DNA of 63,918 nucleotides, counting the filler, from Myxococcota bacterium (lineage in GTDB: Bacteria; Myxococcota; Myxococcia; Myxococcales; Myxococcaceae), in the NCBI GenBank assembly GCA_049322255.1. It is 3 parts of 3 records of this genome, joined end to end, with 100 filler letters (N's around TTAATTAATTAA, not from the genome) between each part and the next. Parts side by side here need not be neighbours in the genome. Positions count along the whole stretch, not along the records: positions 1 to 21,821 come from JBMORE010000073.1; 2 more parts are not named here. One strand, written 5' to 3'. This document shows, piece by piece, positions 8,964 to 17,198 of the stretch (the stretch's first letter is position 1; each line of letters opens with the position of its first letter). Made by a program: the position numbers and the translations under genes. The notes under the pieces were generated by a model, which had not been told where the DNA came from, did not search any database, and saw only the letters and a list, made by a program, of their open reading frames with translations.

Positions 8964-11650
8964 CTCTTCACCAGCTCGTAGAGCCGGTCGAGCGCCGCGC
9001 TGATGCGCGAGGGGTCGGGGCCGCCGGCCTGCGCCATGTCCGCTTTGCCTCCGCCTGAGCCGCCCATCTCCTTGGCCAGCTCGCGCACCAGGTCGCCAGC
9101 TTTGAAGCCGCGCGCGACCACGTCTTTGGTCGCCGCCACCAGAATCAGCGCCTTGCCGTCGGGGGTTTTCCCGCCCAGCCCCACCACGCCACTCTTGAGC
9201 TGGTCGCGGTACTTGTCGGCGAGCCCACGCAAGAGCTTGGCGTCGGCGTCTTCCACCTGGCTGGTGAGGACTTTCATTCCGTTCACCTCCCGCACCTTTT
9301 CGGCGACCGCGCCGCTCTTCGCCGCTTGGGCGCGCAAGGTGGCGTCCTCGACCCGCTTCTCCAGCTCCTTGATGCGCTTCTGGGTCGCCTCCAGGCGCCT
9401 CACCAGCTCTTTGGGGCTGGTCTTCAGCACCTCGGAGGCCTGCCGGAGCTCGTGCTCCAGCTCGCGCACGTAGGCGAAGGCCCCCACGCCGGTGAGGGCG
9501 ACGATGCGCCGCACCCCGGAGGCAATCGACGACTCGGAGGAAATCTTGAACAGCCCGATGTCTCCCGAGCGGTGGGTGTGGGTGCCGCCGCACAGCTCGA
9601 CCGACTGCGGGTGCACGCTCACCACCCTCACCCGCTCGCCGTACTTCTCCCCGAACAGCGCCACCGCGCCGCTTCTCTTCGCCTCCTCGAGCGCCATCAC
9701 CTGGGTCTTGGACTCGGCGTTGTCGCGAATCCACTCGTTCACCAGGTCCTCCACCCGCTCGAGCTGCTCGGGAGTGGGCGCGGAGAAGTGCGAGTAGTCG
9801 AAGCGCAAATAGTCGGGTGCCACCACCGACCCTTTCTGGCTCACGTGCTCGCCCAACACCACCTTGAGCGCCCGGTGGAGCAGGTGGGTCGCCGAGTGGT
9901 TGGCACGAATCATCGAGCGTCGCCGGCCGTCCACCGCCAGCTGCGCCGTGTCGCCGTGGCGGAAGGTGCCCTTTTCCACCTTCACCCGGTGCACGATGAG
10001 CCCGGGCACCGGCCGGGTGGCGTCGAGCACCTGGGCCACCGCCTTGCCGCCATGGGCGGTCACCTGCCCGGTGTCCCCCACCTGGCCGCCCGCCTCTCCG
10101 TAGAAGGGGGTGCGGTCGAAGACCAGCTCGGCCTCCTCGCCGGCCGCAAGCTCGGTGAGCTCGTGGCCGCCCTTGAGGATGGCGCGCAAGGAGCCTTCGC
10201 CTTCGTGCCCCTCGCCGTCGTAGCCGAGGAAGGTGGTCTCCCCCAGCTTCTCGATGAGCCGGTGGTACACCTCACCCACCGCCTTCTCCCCCGAGCCGGC
10301 GAAGGCGCCTTTTTTGCGCTGCTCTTCCATCAACGCTTCGTAGCCGGGCAGATCGACCTCGTAGCCGCTCTCCCGGGCGATGATCTGGGTCAAGTCGGGA
10401 GGCATGCCGAAGGTGTCGTGCAGCTTGAAGGCCGCCTCGCCGGAGAGCACCTTGCCTTTGGTTTTTTTCAGCCGGGCAATCTCCTCGTCGATGAGCAAAA
10501 GCCCGCGGGTCAACGTGCGGCGGAAGGACTCCTCCTCGAAACGGGTGGCCTCGAGCACCAGCGCGCGGTTTTGGCGCAGCTCAGGGTAAGCGCCGCCCAT
10601 CAGCTCGAGCACCACCTCCACCGTCTTGGGCATGAAGACGTCGTCGAGGCCCAGCTTGGCGCCATGGCGAATGGCGCGCCGCATGATGCGACGCAGCACG
10701 TACCCGCGCCCCTCGTTCGAGGGCTGCACCCCATCGGCGATGAGAAAGGCCGCCGCGCGCGAGTGGTCGGCGATGACCCGCATCGAGGCGCTCACCGCCT
10801 CGTCCTTCCCGTATTGCTTCTGCGCAAGCTTTTCCACCTGGGCGAGGAGGGGGGTGAACAGGTCGGTGTCGTAGTTGGAGCGCTTGCCCTGCACCACCGA
10901 GGTGACGCGCTCCAGGCCCGCCCCGGTGTCCACCGAGGGTTTGGGCAGCGGGGTGAGGGGCGCGTCCTTCTCTTTGCGCTCGAACTGCATGAACACCAAG
11001 TTCCAAATCTCCAGCCAGCGGTCGCAGTCGCAGGCCACTCCCAGGCAGGGCCGCCCGGAGGCGACCTCGGCGCAGGGCAGGTCGTCGCCCTGGTGAAAGT
11101 GAATCTCCGAGCAGGGGCCGCAGGGGCCGGTGTCCCCCATCGCCCAGAAGTTGTCTTTGTACCCGAGCTTGTGAATGCGCTCCCGCCGCACGCCTTGCTC
11201 GACCCACAGCTCGAAGGCTTCTTCGTCCCACGGCAGGCCTTTTTCCCCATTGAACACGGTGACCGCCAGCCGCTCGGCCGGAAGCTTCAACACCTGGGTG
11301 ACGAATTCCCAGGCGTAGGCGATGGCTTCGGGCTTGAAGTAGTCGCCGAAGGAGAAGTTCCCCAGCATCTCGAAGAAGGTGTGGTGGCGGGCGGTGAAGC
11401 CCACGTTGTCCAGGTCGTTGTGCTTACCGCCTGCGCGCACGCACTTCTGCGAGCTGGTGGCGCGCGAATAGTCGCGCTTCTCCCGGCCGGTGAAGACGTC
11501 TTTGAACTGCACCATGCCGGCATTGGTAAACAGGAGCGTGGGGTCGTTCTGCGGTACCAGGGGGGAGGAGGGCACCCGGCGGTGCCCGCGCTTCTCGAAA
11601 AACGTCAGAAAAGCTTCCCGAACCTGGGGCGCGGTGAGCACGTGAGGCAT
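8960..11650 (-). CDS. alaS: Alanine--tRNA ligase
   Basis: DPTLLFTNAGMVQFK, RHHTFFEMLGNFSFGDYFK, editing NHSATHLLH and ELCGGTH, C-terminal GGGKADMAQAGG. Confidence 0.99.
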   Translation of the reverse strand: MPHVLTAPQVREAFLTFFEKRGHRRVPSSPLVPQNDPTLLFTNAGMVQFKDVFTGREKRDYSRATSSQKCVRAGGKHNDLDNVGFTARHHTFFEMLGNFSFGDYFKPEAIAYAWEFVTQVLKLPAERLAVTVFNGEKGLPWDEEAFELWVEQGVRRERIHKLGYKDNFWAMGDTGPCGPCSEIHFHQGDDLPCAEVASGRPCLGVACDCDRWLEIWNLVFMQFERKEKDAPLTPLPKPSVDTGAGLERVTSVVQGKRSNYDTDLFTPLLAQVEKLAQKQYGKDEAVSASMRVIADHSRAAAFLIADGVQPSNEGRGYVLRRIMRRAIRHGAKLGLDDVFMPKTVEVVLELMGGAYPELRQNRALVLEATRFEEESFRRTLTRGLLLIDEEIARLKKTKGKVLSGEAAFKLHDTFGMPPDLTQIIARESGYEVDLPGYEALMEEQRKKGAFAGSGEKAVGEVYHRLIEKLGETTFLGYDGEGHEGEGSLRAILKGGHELTELAAGEEAELVFDRTPFYGEAGGQVGDTGQVTAHGGKAVAQVLDATRPVPGLIVHRVKVEKGTFRHGDTAQLAVDGRRRSMIRANHSATHLLHRALKVVLGEHVSQKGSVVAPDYLRFDYSHFSAPTPEQLERVEDLVNEWIRDNAESKTQVMALEEAKRSGAVALFGEKYGERVRVVSVHPQSVELCGGTHTHRSGDIGLFKISSESSIASGVRRIVALTGVGAFAYVRELEHELRQASEVLKTSPKELVRRLEATQKRIKELEKRVEDATLRAQAAKSGAVAEKVREVNGMKVLTSQVEDADAKLLRGLADKYRDQLKSGVVGLGGKTPDGKALILVAATKDVVARGFKAGDLVRELAKEMGGSGGGKADMAQAGGPDPSRISAALDRLYELVKR

Positions 11651-11751
11651 GGGAGGGGCTTATGCCACCCACCCTCCCGTTTCAACCCGAGCGGGTTCTC
11701 TCACAACCCGTGTTTTGGCCAGGCGGGCCACGCTATGCTTGGACACTCTTC

Positions 11752-12474
11752 ATGCGGCCCTCGCTCGCGCTTCTCGTGCTTTTCCTCGCGCCGGTCGTTT
11801 TTGCGCAAACCGATGCGCGAATGGCCTTCTTGACCAAACAGCTTTCCTCCGCCTCCGACCCCCGTGTGCGCGCGCAGACGGCGGTCATTCTGGGTGCCTC
11901 CAAAGATGCGGCGGCCGTCTCCCCGTTGTGCCGTGCGCTCAAAGACTCCGAGGCGGTGGTGCGGGCCGCCGCGGCCAACGCGCTGGGCGAGCTACGGGCT
12001 GCCTCGGCCACCGCCTGTCTGCGCGAGCGCCTGGGTGAGCCCAACGCCGACGTGCGCGAAGCGATTTCCAAAGCCCTCGCCGTTCTCCAGGCGCGGCATG
12101 CGGTGTACCTGGCGTTGAACCCGGTGGCGGACAAGACCCACCGGCTCTCCCGCGCCGAGCTCGCCCTCTTGGAGGAAAAGCTGCGCGCCAAGCTGGTGCA
12201 GATGGGGGTGGTCTTCGCGCCCGAGAACGAATCGACGGGGGCGGCGGCCAAGGTGCTCAGGGAGAAGAAGCTCAAAGGTTTTCTCCTCCGTCCGGAGGTG
12301 CTCCCCCACGGCATCGACGGCCTGCAGCTGAAGATTTTGTGCATGACCTACCCGGACAAAGCGTTGCGAGGGCAGGCGGCCCCCAAAGGCCGAGGGCCTG
12401 TGCAGAAATTGCTGCCCGCTCTGGTGACGAGGGCAGTGGAAGACACCGCAGAAGAATGTGGATGGAGCGAATGA
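11752..12474 (+). CDS. Secreted HEAT-repeat protein
   Basis: Signal peptide followed by DPRVRAQTAVILG, DSEAVVRAAAANALG and ADVREAISKAL repeats. Confidence 0.8.
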   Translation: MRPSLALLVLFLAPVVFAQTDARMAFLTKQLSSASDPRVRAQTAVILGASKDAAAVSPLCRALKDSEAVVRAAAANALGELRAASATACLRERLGEPNADVREAISKALAVLQARHAVYLALNPVADKTHRLSRAELALLEEKLRAKLVQMGVVFAPENESTGAAAKVLREKKLKGFLLRPEVLPHGIDGLQLKILCMTYPDKALRGQAAPKGRGPVQKLLPALVTRAVEDTAEECGWSE

Positions 12475-13229
12475 TGAACCAACCTCTGGCTCATACCCCC
12501 GCCCCGGCGGTGGACAGCGGCGCACACCAGCGAAGGCTGCGCAACTTCCTCCTCGACGCGCGCTTCCAGCTCAAGTTCACCAGCTACGTGGTGGGCTTGA
12601 CCTTGGTGGTGGCCGCGCTCTTGGGCGTTTTCATCTGGCGAACCACCAACACCCTCTTTCAGGAGACCGCGGTGGCAGTCGAGGCCAGAAGCCGCGCCGC
12701 CGAGACGAGCAAGGAGCTGGGCAACGCGACCTTGGCCAACGAGGTGCTCCAGCACATGGAGGACCCTTCGTTCGAAAAGACGCTGCGCGAAAAGTCCGCG
12801 GCCATCGATCGGGCGTACGAGGCAGAAAAGAACGCCATCATCCAGGCGCGTGCCCAGCTGGTGCGCCGGCAGCAGATCACCCTCATCGCGCTGGTGGGGG
12901 GCTTTCTCGCCTTCGTCTTCTTCATCGGGTTGGCCTGTATCGTCACCACCCACAAGATTGTCGGTCCGCTCTTTCGCATGAAGCGCATGGCCAACGAGGT
13001 GGCCGCGGGGAGGCTCCACCCACCGACCTACGGCTTGCGCCTGGGCGATGAGCTCAAAGACGTGTTCGACGCCTTCGCCGCGATGGTGAAGGCGCTGCGC
13101 CAGCGCGAAGAGGCCGACCTTGCCCGCGTCACCGCCGCGCTCGAGCTCGCCGAGCGGACGAAAGCGAGCGCCGACCTCGTTCGAGAGCTGCAGACGCTCC
13201 AGGCGGAGGTGAAGGCCAAGCTGGAGTAG
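12471..13229 (+). CDS. Two-TM HAMP-domain membrane protein without output domain
   Basis: RNFLLDARFQLKF, two TM helices, THKIVGPLFRMKR...LRLGDELKDVFDAF; ATGA overlap with the upstream gene. Confidence 0.8.
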   Translation: MMNQPLAHTPAPAVDSGAHQRRLRNFLLDARFQLKFTSYVVGLTLVVAALLGVFIWRTTNTLFQETAVAVEARSRAAETSKELGNATLANEVLQHMEDPSFEKTLREKSAAIDRAYEAEKNAIIQARAQLVRRQQITLIALVGGFLAFVFFIGLACIVTTHKIVGPLFRMKRMANEVAAGRLHPPTYGLRLGDELKDVFDAFAAMVKALRQREEADLARVTAALELAERTKASADLVRELQTLQAEVKAKLE

Positions 13230-13371
13230 GGAAGGAGCGCTGGCAATGAAGCGCTCGAGCTCCTTCTTGGGACCAACGGCGATGGCGTAGCCGCCCGCTG
13301 GTGCGGCGCGTGCGGAAGGGGCCTGTCTAAATCCTTTTGCGCTGGCCAAATTTCAGAGCAAGGACGATTTC

Positions 13372-14679
13372 ATGGAGCAGACGAGCGGCACGCCGAAGCT
13401 CATCCTCCTGATCGAAGACGACATCGAGCTGGCGGAGCTCACGCAAACGGTGTTGTTCGACGAGGGGTACGTCGTTCTCCATGCGGGAGACGGGCGCCGA
13501 GCTCTCGCCGTCCTCGATGCCCTGCTTCCGGTCAGCCCGGCGGTCGTGATTGCCGACATGGTCATGCCGGTGCTCGACGGGCTGGGTTTCTTGAGAGAAT
13601 ACGCCGCTCGCCCGTCGCCCCGGCCGCCGGTATTGGCCGTCTCGGCGGTGGCTCCCTACCTCCGCGAGGCCCGGAAGCTGGGAGCGACCGCGAGCCTGGA
13701 AAAGCCCTACATGCTCGGTCAGCTTCTCGCCGCGGTTCGCCAGCTCGTCACCGGCGGATCGGTGGCGGTCACGCCGCCTCGGAAGATCACCGACGAGGAG
13801 GAGCGACGCCGCCTGCGCGCTCTCTTCGATCTCCGTCTCGATCAACCCGCGCCCGAGGAGGCGCTGCGAGCCTTCGTGGACCATGTGGCCCGCGTCTTCG
13901 AAGTTCCCGTCTGCCTGATCTCGGTCGTCACCGAATCGCGCCAATTCTGGACCGCCGGGTGCGGCGTTCCCGAGGTGCTCGCCGTCGAGCGAGGAACGGT
14001 GCGCGAACAGTCTTTCTGCACCCATGCCGTTGTCGGACGGACGGCCTTGGTGGTGCAAGACGCCGCCGACAACCCCTTCTTCTACGACAATCTACTCGTT
14101 TGGAAACACGGGGTGCGGCTGTATGCGGGCGTCCCCTTGATGAGCAGAACCGGTGAGGCGGTCGGAACGCTCTGCGTGATGGATTTCAAGCCCCGAATCT
14201 TCACGCACTTCGATCTGGAGCTACTCTCGGTTCTCGCCCGCCGGGTTCTCGCCGAGCTGGAGTGGAGAGAAAAGCGCGCCCGGCCGGAGGTGCCGGCCAG
14301 TGCCTTTCGTTACTTGAACTACGTGGACGCGGAGCTGGGGGTCCTCGGGCGTGCGGCCTTCCTCGACGTGCTCACGGTCGAGGCGGCCCGACTCGCGCAG
14401 AAGCGACGAGCTCTCGCGCTGGTCGGCGTATGGGTGCCGCAGACCGAGCTTGTGGGAGCAGCGCGCGCGTTGGAAAAGCGTTTCGACACCGGGTGGGTGG
14501 GGAGGCTTTGTCGCAATCAACTCGCGGTCATCTGTTCGGGAATGACGGCGCAAGAGGCGCAGGCCGCAGCCCAGGCGGTCCTCCCCAGGTCAGCGCGGCT
14601 GGTGGCGCAAAGAGCGCCTTCCGCACCGGTCGTGGTGGAGACGATGTTACGGGACGTGGAATCCAGGCTGACGGAATGA
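13372..14679 (+). CDS. Response regulator: REC + GAF + degenerate GGDEF-like domain
   Basis: ILLIEDD, ADMVMPVLDG, LEKPY; GAF SFCTHAV...YAGVPL...GTLCVMD; C-terminal DAELGVLGR...GRLCRNQLAVI. Confidence 0.85.
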   Translation: MEQTSGTPKLILLIEDDIELAELTQTVLFDEGYVVLHAGDGRRALAVLDALLPVSPAVVIADMVMPVLDGLGFLREYAARPSPRPPVLAVSAVAPYLREARKLGATASLEKPYMLGQLLAAVRQLVTGGSVAVTPPRKITDEEERRRLRALFDLRLDQPAPEEALRAFVDHVARVFEVPVCLISVVTESRQFWTAGCGVPEVLAVERGTVREQSFCTHAVVGRTALVVQDAADNPFFYDNLLVWKHGVRLYAGVPLMSRTGEAVGTLCVMDFKPRIFTHFDLELLSVLARRVLAELEWREKRARPEVPASAFRYLNYVDAELGVLGRAAFLDVLTVEAARLAQKRRALALVGVWVPQTELVGAARALEKRFDTGWVGRLCRNQLAVICSGMTAQEAQAAAQAVLPRSARLVAQRAPSAPVVVETMLRDVESRLTE

Positions 14680-14740
14680 TCTTCCCGCCGCGCGAGCCGA
14701 CCCTAAAGTTGGCGTGTGTTTTTTGGTCTGGCCGTCGGCG

Positions 14741-15655
14741 TCACGGGTACCGCTGGCCGACGTGGCTGAGCTTGGCGGTGGCGAGCACCGTGTGGATTTC
14801 GCGAATAAGCCCGCCCTCATCGACCTCGACCCGTAGGACGAACTTCGGCGCCTGGTTTGGGCTATGCACCGCGGCGTACTCGGCTACCAGCGCGGCGAAG
14901 CCGTTCACCTCGCGGATCTCGGCGCGCGACGGCACCCCGCGCATCTGCGCGAGACGGAGCAGGAGCCTGGCGACCTTCTTCGGCCCCACCACTGGCACGC
15001 GGGCGGCCAGGAACTCCCCACCGCCGTCGGAGAGCTGCCGCACCGAGGCCGCGAGCAGCCGCTCGATCTGCCCGACATCATCGGCCAAGAGCGCCGAAAG
15101 AAGCTTCTCGAGCGCCTCCTGGTTTCGTTTCCGCATGGCCCGGGTGGGCAGGGTGCGCGTCGCGTCGTACGCCTCGACGGCGCGTCGCGCACGAAGGTGG
15201 GTGGTCTTCACGCCGTCCTCGGACACGCCCAGGGCGTCGGCCGTCTCGCGCACCGAGTACTCGAAGACATCGCGCAGAAGCAGTACGGCCCGCTGCTTCG
15301 GGGTCAGCGCTTCCAGCGCGAGCAAGAAGGCGAAGGAGACGCTCTCGAGGAGATCGTACCGACCCTCGGTCGAGACCGGCTCGACGGCCACCTCGGCTGC
15401 GGTCTCCACCGGTGCGGGCAGCCAGGGGCCTGGGTACGGCGCCCGCTTTCGTCGCCGGAGCCCGTCGCGCGCCAGGTTGAGGGCCACCTTGGTTAGCCAC
15501 GGCCGCAGGGGAGCATCGAGGGAGGGTGGCTTCTTGAGGGCGCGGGCGAACGTCTCCTGCACCAGGTCGTCCGCGTCGGCGGCGCTGCCAGTCATGCGGT
15601 AGCACAGGCCCCAGAGGAAGCGCTCGTTTTGCGAGAGCTCGGCGTGGAGTGTCAC
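14741..15655 (-). CDS. ECF sigma factor, SigJ/ECF41-like, with C-terminal SnoaL-like domain
   Basis: YRMTGSAADADDLVQE, YPGPWLPAP, LEALTPKQRAVLLLRDVF, SDGGG motif. Confidence 0.9.
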   Translation of the reverse strand: MTLHAELSQNERFLWGLCYRMTGSAADADDLVQETFARALKKPPSLDAPLRPWLTKVALNLARDGLRRRKRAPYPGPWLPAPVETAAEVAVEPVSTEGRYDLLESVSFAFLLALEALTPKQRAVLLLRDVFEYSVRETADALGVSEDGVKTTHLRARRAVEAYDATRTLPTRAMRKRNQEALEKLLSALLADDVGQIERLLAASVRQLSDGGGEFLAARVPVVGPKKVARLLLRLAQMRGVPSRAEIREVNGFAALVAEYAAVHSPNQAPKFVLRVEVDEGGLIREIHTVLATAKLSHVGQRYP

Positions 15656-16902
15656 GCCGCGGCCTCCGGTGTACAGCCGAGTCGGCGGGCCACCTGCGCT
15701 GCCGAGCTGAGGGCGGCGTCGGCGAGCATCCCCTCAGGTCCCACCCAGTCGCCGCAGAGGTATAGGCCGCTCACGCCTGCCGCATCGACGGGCGGGCGTC
15801 CGTGGGGCGTGGGCACCGCGTGCGTCACCACCAGCTCGGGCAAGAAGCGTCGGGTCATCACGTGCTCGCGCCATCCGGGCTGAACCGCATCGACGAATGC
15901 CTCCAACTCGGGCAGCGCGGCCGCTCCCTCGTCGCAGCGGCTCAGGTACTTCGCCGCGAGCATCACGTGCAGCCCCTCAGGGCCGAGCCGGGCCACATGC
16001 GAATGTATGGAGAAGTAGTAGGGCCTGTCGATGCCCAGGGCGAAGGTGTGCCGCGGGCACGGCAACTCGCGGAGCACGAGGTCGAGGCACGCAGCACGAA
16101 TGGGGGTGAGCCGGTCGGCGAGCTGGTGCATCACCGCAAGCCCGCTGACGACGGCCGCGGCACGCGGAGGCACCGCCAGCACCACCTCGCGCGCCGCCAA
16201 CCGCTCGCCGCCAGCGTGCACCGCCGCCACGGCGCCGTGCGCCTGCTCGAGTCGTTCGGCAGGGGTGCCTTCGATGATGCGGACGCCAGCAGAGGTGGCC
16301 GCGGCCCGCAGGGCGTCGACCAGCGTCTGCCATCCTCCGTGCAGGTAGAGCACGTTCCCAGCGGCGGCGAGGCGGAGCTGCCGAACCGCCGCCCCGGCGG
16401 AAATGGACTCGGGGTGGTTGGCATAGCTGGCAAGCCGTACGACTGAGCGCAGCACCTCGCGACAGCGCTCATGCGAGAGGGCGCGCGCGAGCCACGCGTC
16501 GAGAGTCAAGCCCTCGAGCGCTGTGGCGTCGAGGTGCCCGAGCCCGGCGAGCAGCCGCGCCAGCTCGAGCTTCTCCTGGAGCGACAGGAGCGAGGTGGTG
16601 AGCAGCGACACGGTGCCCACCGGTAAGGCACAGAGCCGGCCTCCGCACCAGGCCAGGTTCCCCGAGAGCGGGGGGCTGCCGCCGGACGGTCGTATTCCCA
16701 GCGATCGCAAAAGCTCCATCGCGCGGCCGGCGCGGTAGAGCGCGTGCGGGCCTTGGTTGAACAGAGCTCCGTGAAGCGCCCGGGTGCGGGCGCGCCCTCC
16801 CGTGCGCGCCTTCTCGAACAGGGTGACGCGTTTCCCGGCGCGGGCCAGCCAGGTGGCCGCGGCCAAGCCCGCCAGGCCTCCTCCGATGACCGCTGTTGTC
16901 AT
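15652..16902 (-). CDS. FAD-dependent oxidoreductase (phytoene dehydrogenase/amine oxidase-like)
   Basis: VIGGGLAGLAAA, GGRART, NQGPHALY, LCGDWVG; GAGGAGG RBS; GTGA overlap with the sigma factor. Confidence 0.88.
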   Translation of the reverse strand: MTTAVIGGGLAGLAAATWLARAGKRVTLFEKARTGGRARTRALHGALFNQGPHALYRAGRAMELLRSLGIRPSGGSPPLSGNLAWCGGRLCALPVGTVSLLTTSLLSLQEKLELARLLAGLGHLDATALEGLTLDAWLARALSHERCREVLRSVVRLASYANHPESISAGAAVRQLRLAAAGNVLYLHGGWQTLVDALRAAATSAGVRIIEGTPAERLEQAHGAVAAVHAGGERLAAREVVLAVPPRAAAVVSGLAVMHQLADRLTPIRAACLDLVLRELPCPRHTFALGIDRPYYFSIHSHVARLGPEGLHVMLAAKYLSRCDEGAAALPELEAFVDAVQPGWREHVMTRRFLPELVVTHAVPTPHGRPPVDAAGVSGLYLCGDWVGPEGMLADAALSSAAQVARRLGCTPEAAA

Positions 16903-16999
16903 GGCTCGACTCCTCCTCATGAGCATCACGAACGACGGGCACCGGAGGTGACGGCCCGGTGCCGATGCCGCGTTGCAGCGGAGCGCCGCGGTCCTATGT

Positions 17000-17155
17000 T
17001 TGGGAACGACCATCGACGTGAATGATGAGCTGATGCGCAAGGCCAAGCGTCGCGCCGCCGATGAAGGTCTCACTCTGCGCAAGGCCTTCGAGCGAGCTTT
17101 GCGCGCGCAAGCCGTTGCACGATCTCATGGACGGCCTGGAGTGATTGCGGTCGAT
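17000..17155 (+). pseudogene. Collapsed vapBC relic: VapB/DUF2191-like antitoxin with internal deletion plus first five codons of VapC
   Basis: TTIDVNDELMRKAKRRAADEGLTLRKAFERALRA. An out-of-frame tail LHDLMDGLE* ends at 17144 and overlaps GTG ATT GCG GTC GAT (VIAVD, typical PIN N-terminus) at 17141. Confidence 0.65.
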
Positions 17156-17198
17156 TCGCTGGGCTGCGCGTCCGTCACCCCTTCGTCGAATAGGCGCG

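Noticed and set aside
9326..11833. Long antisense/alternate-frame ORFs (also 37-1221, 1507-3318, 60078-61739, 61678-63894)
   Set aside because: Shadow ORFs of high-GC coding strands; they overlap well-supported genes and have no motifs.
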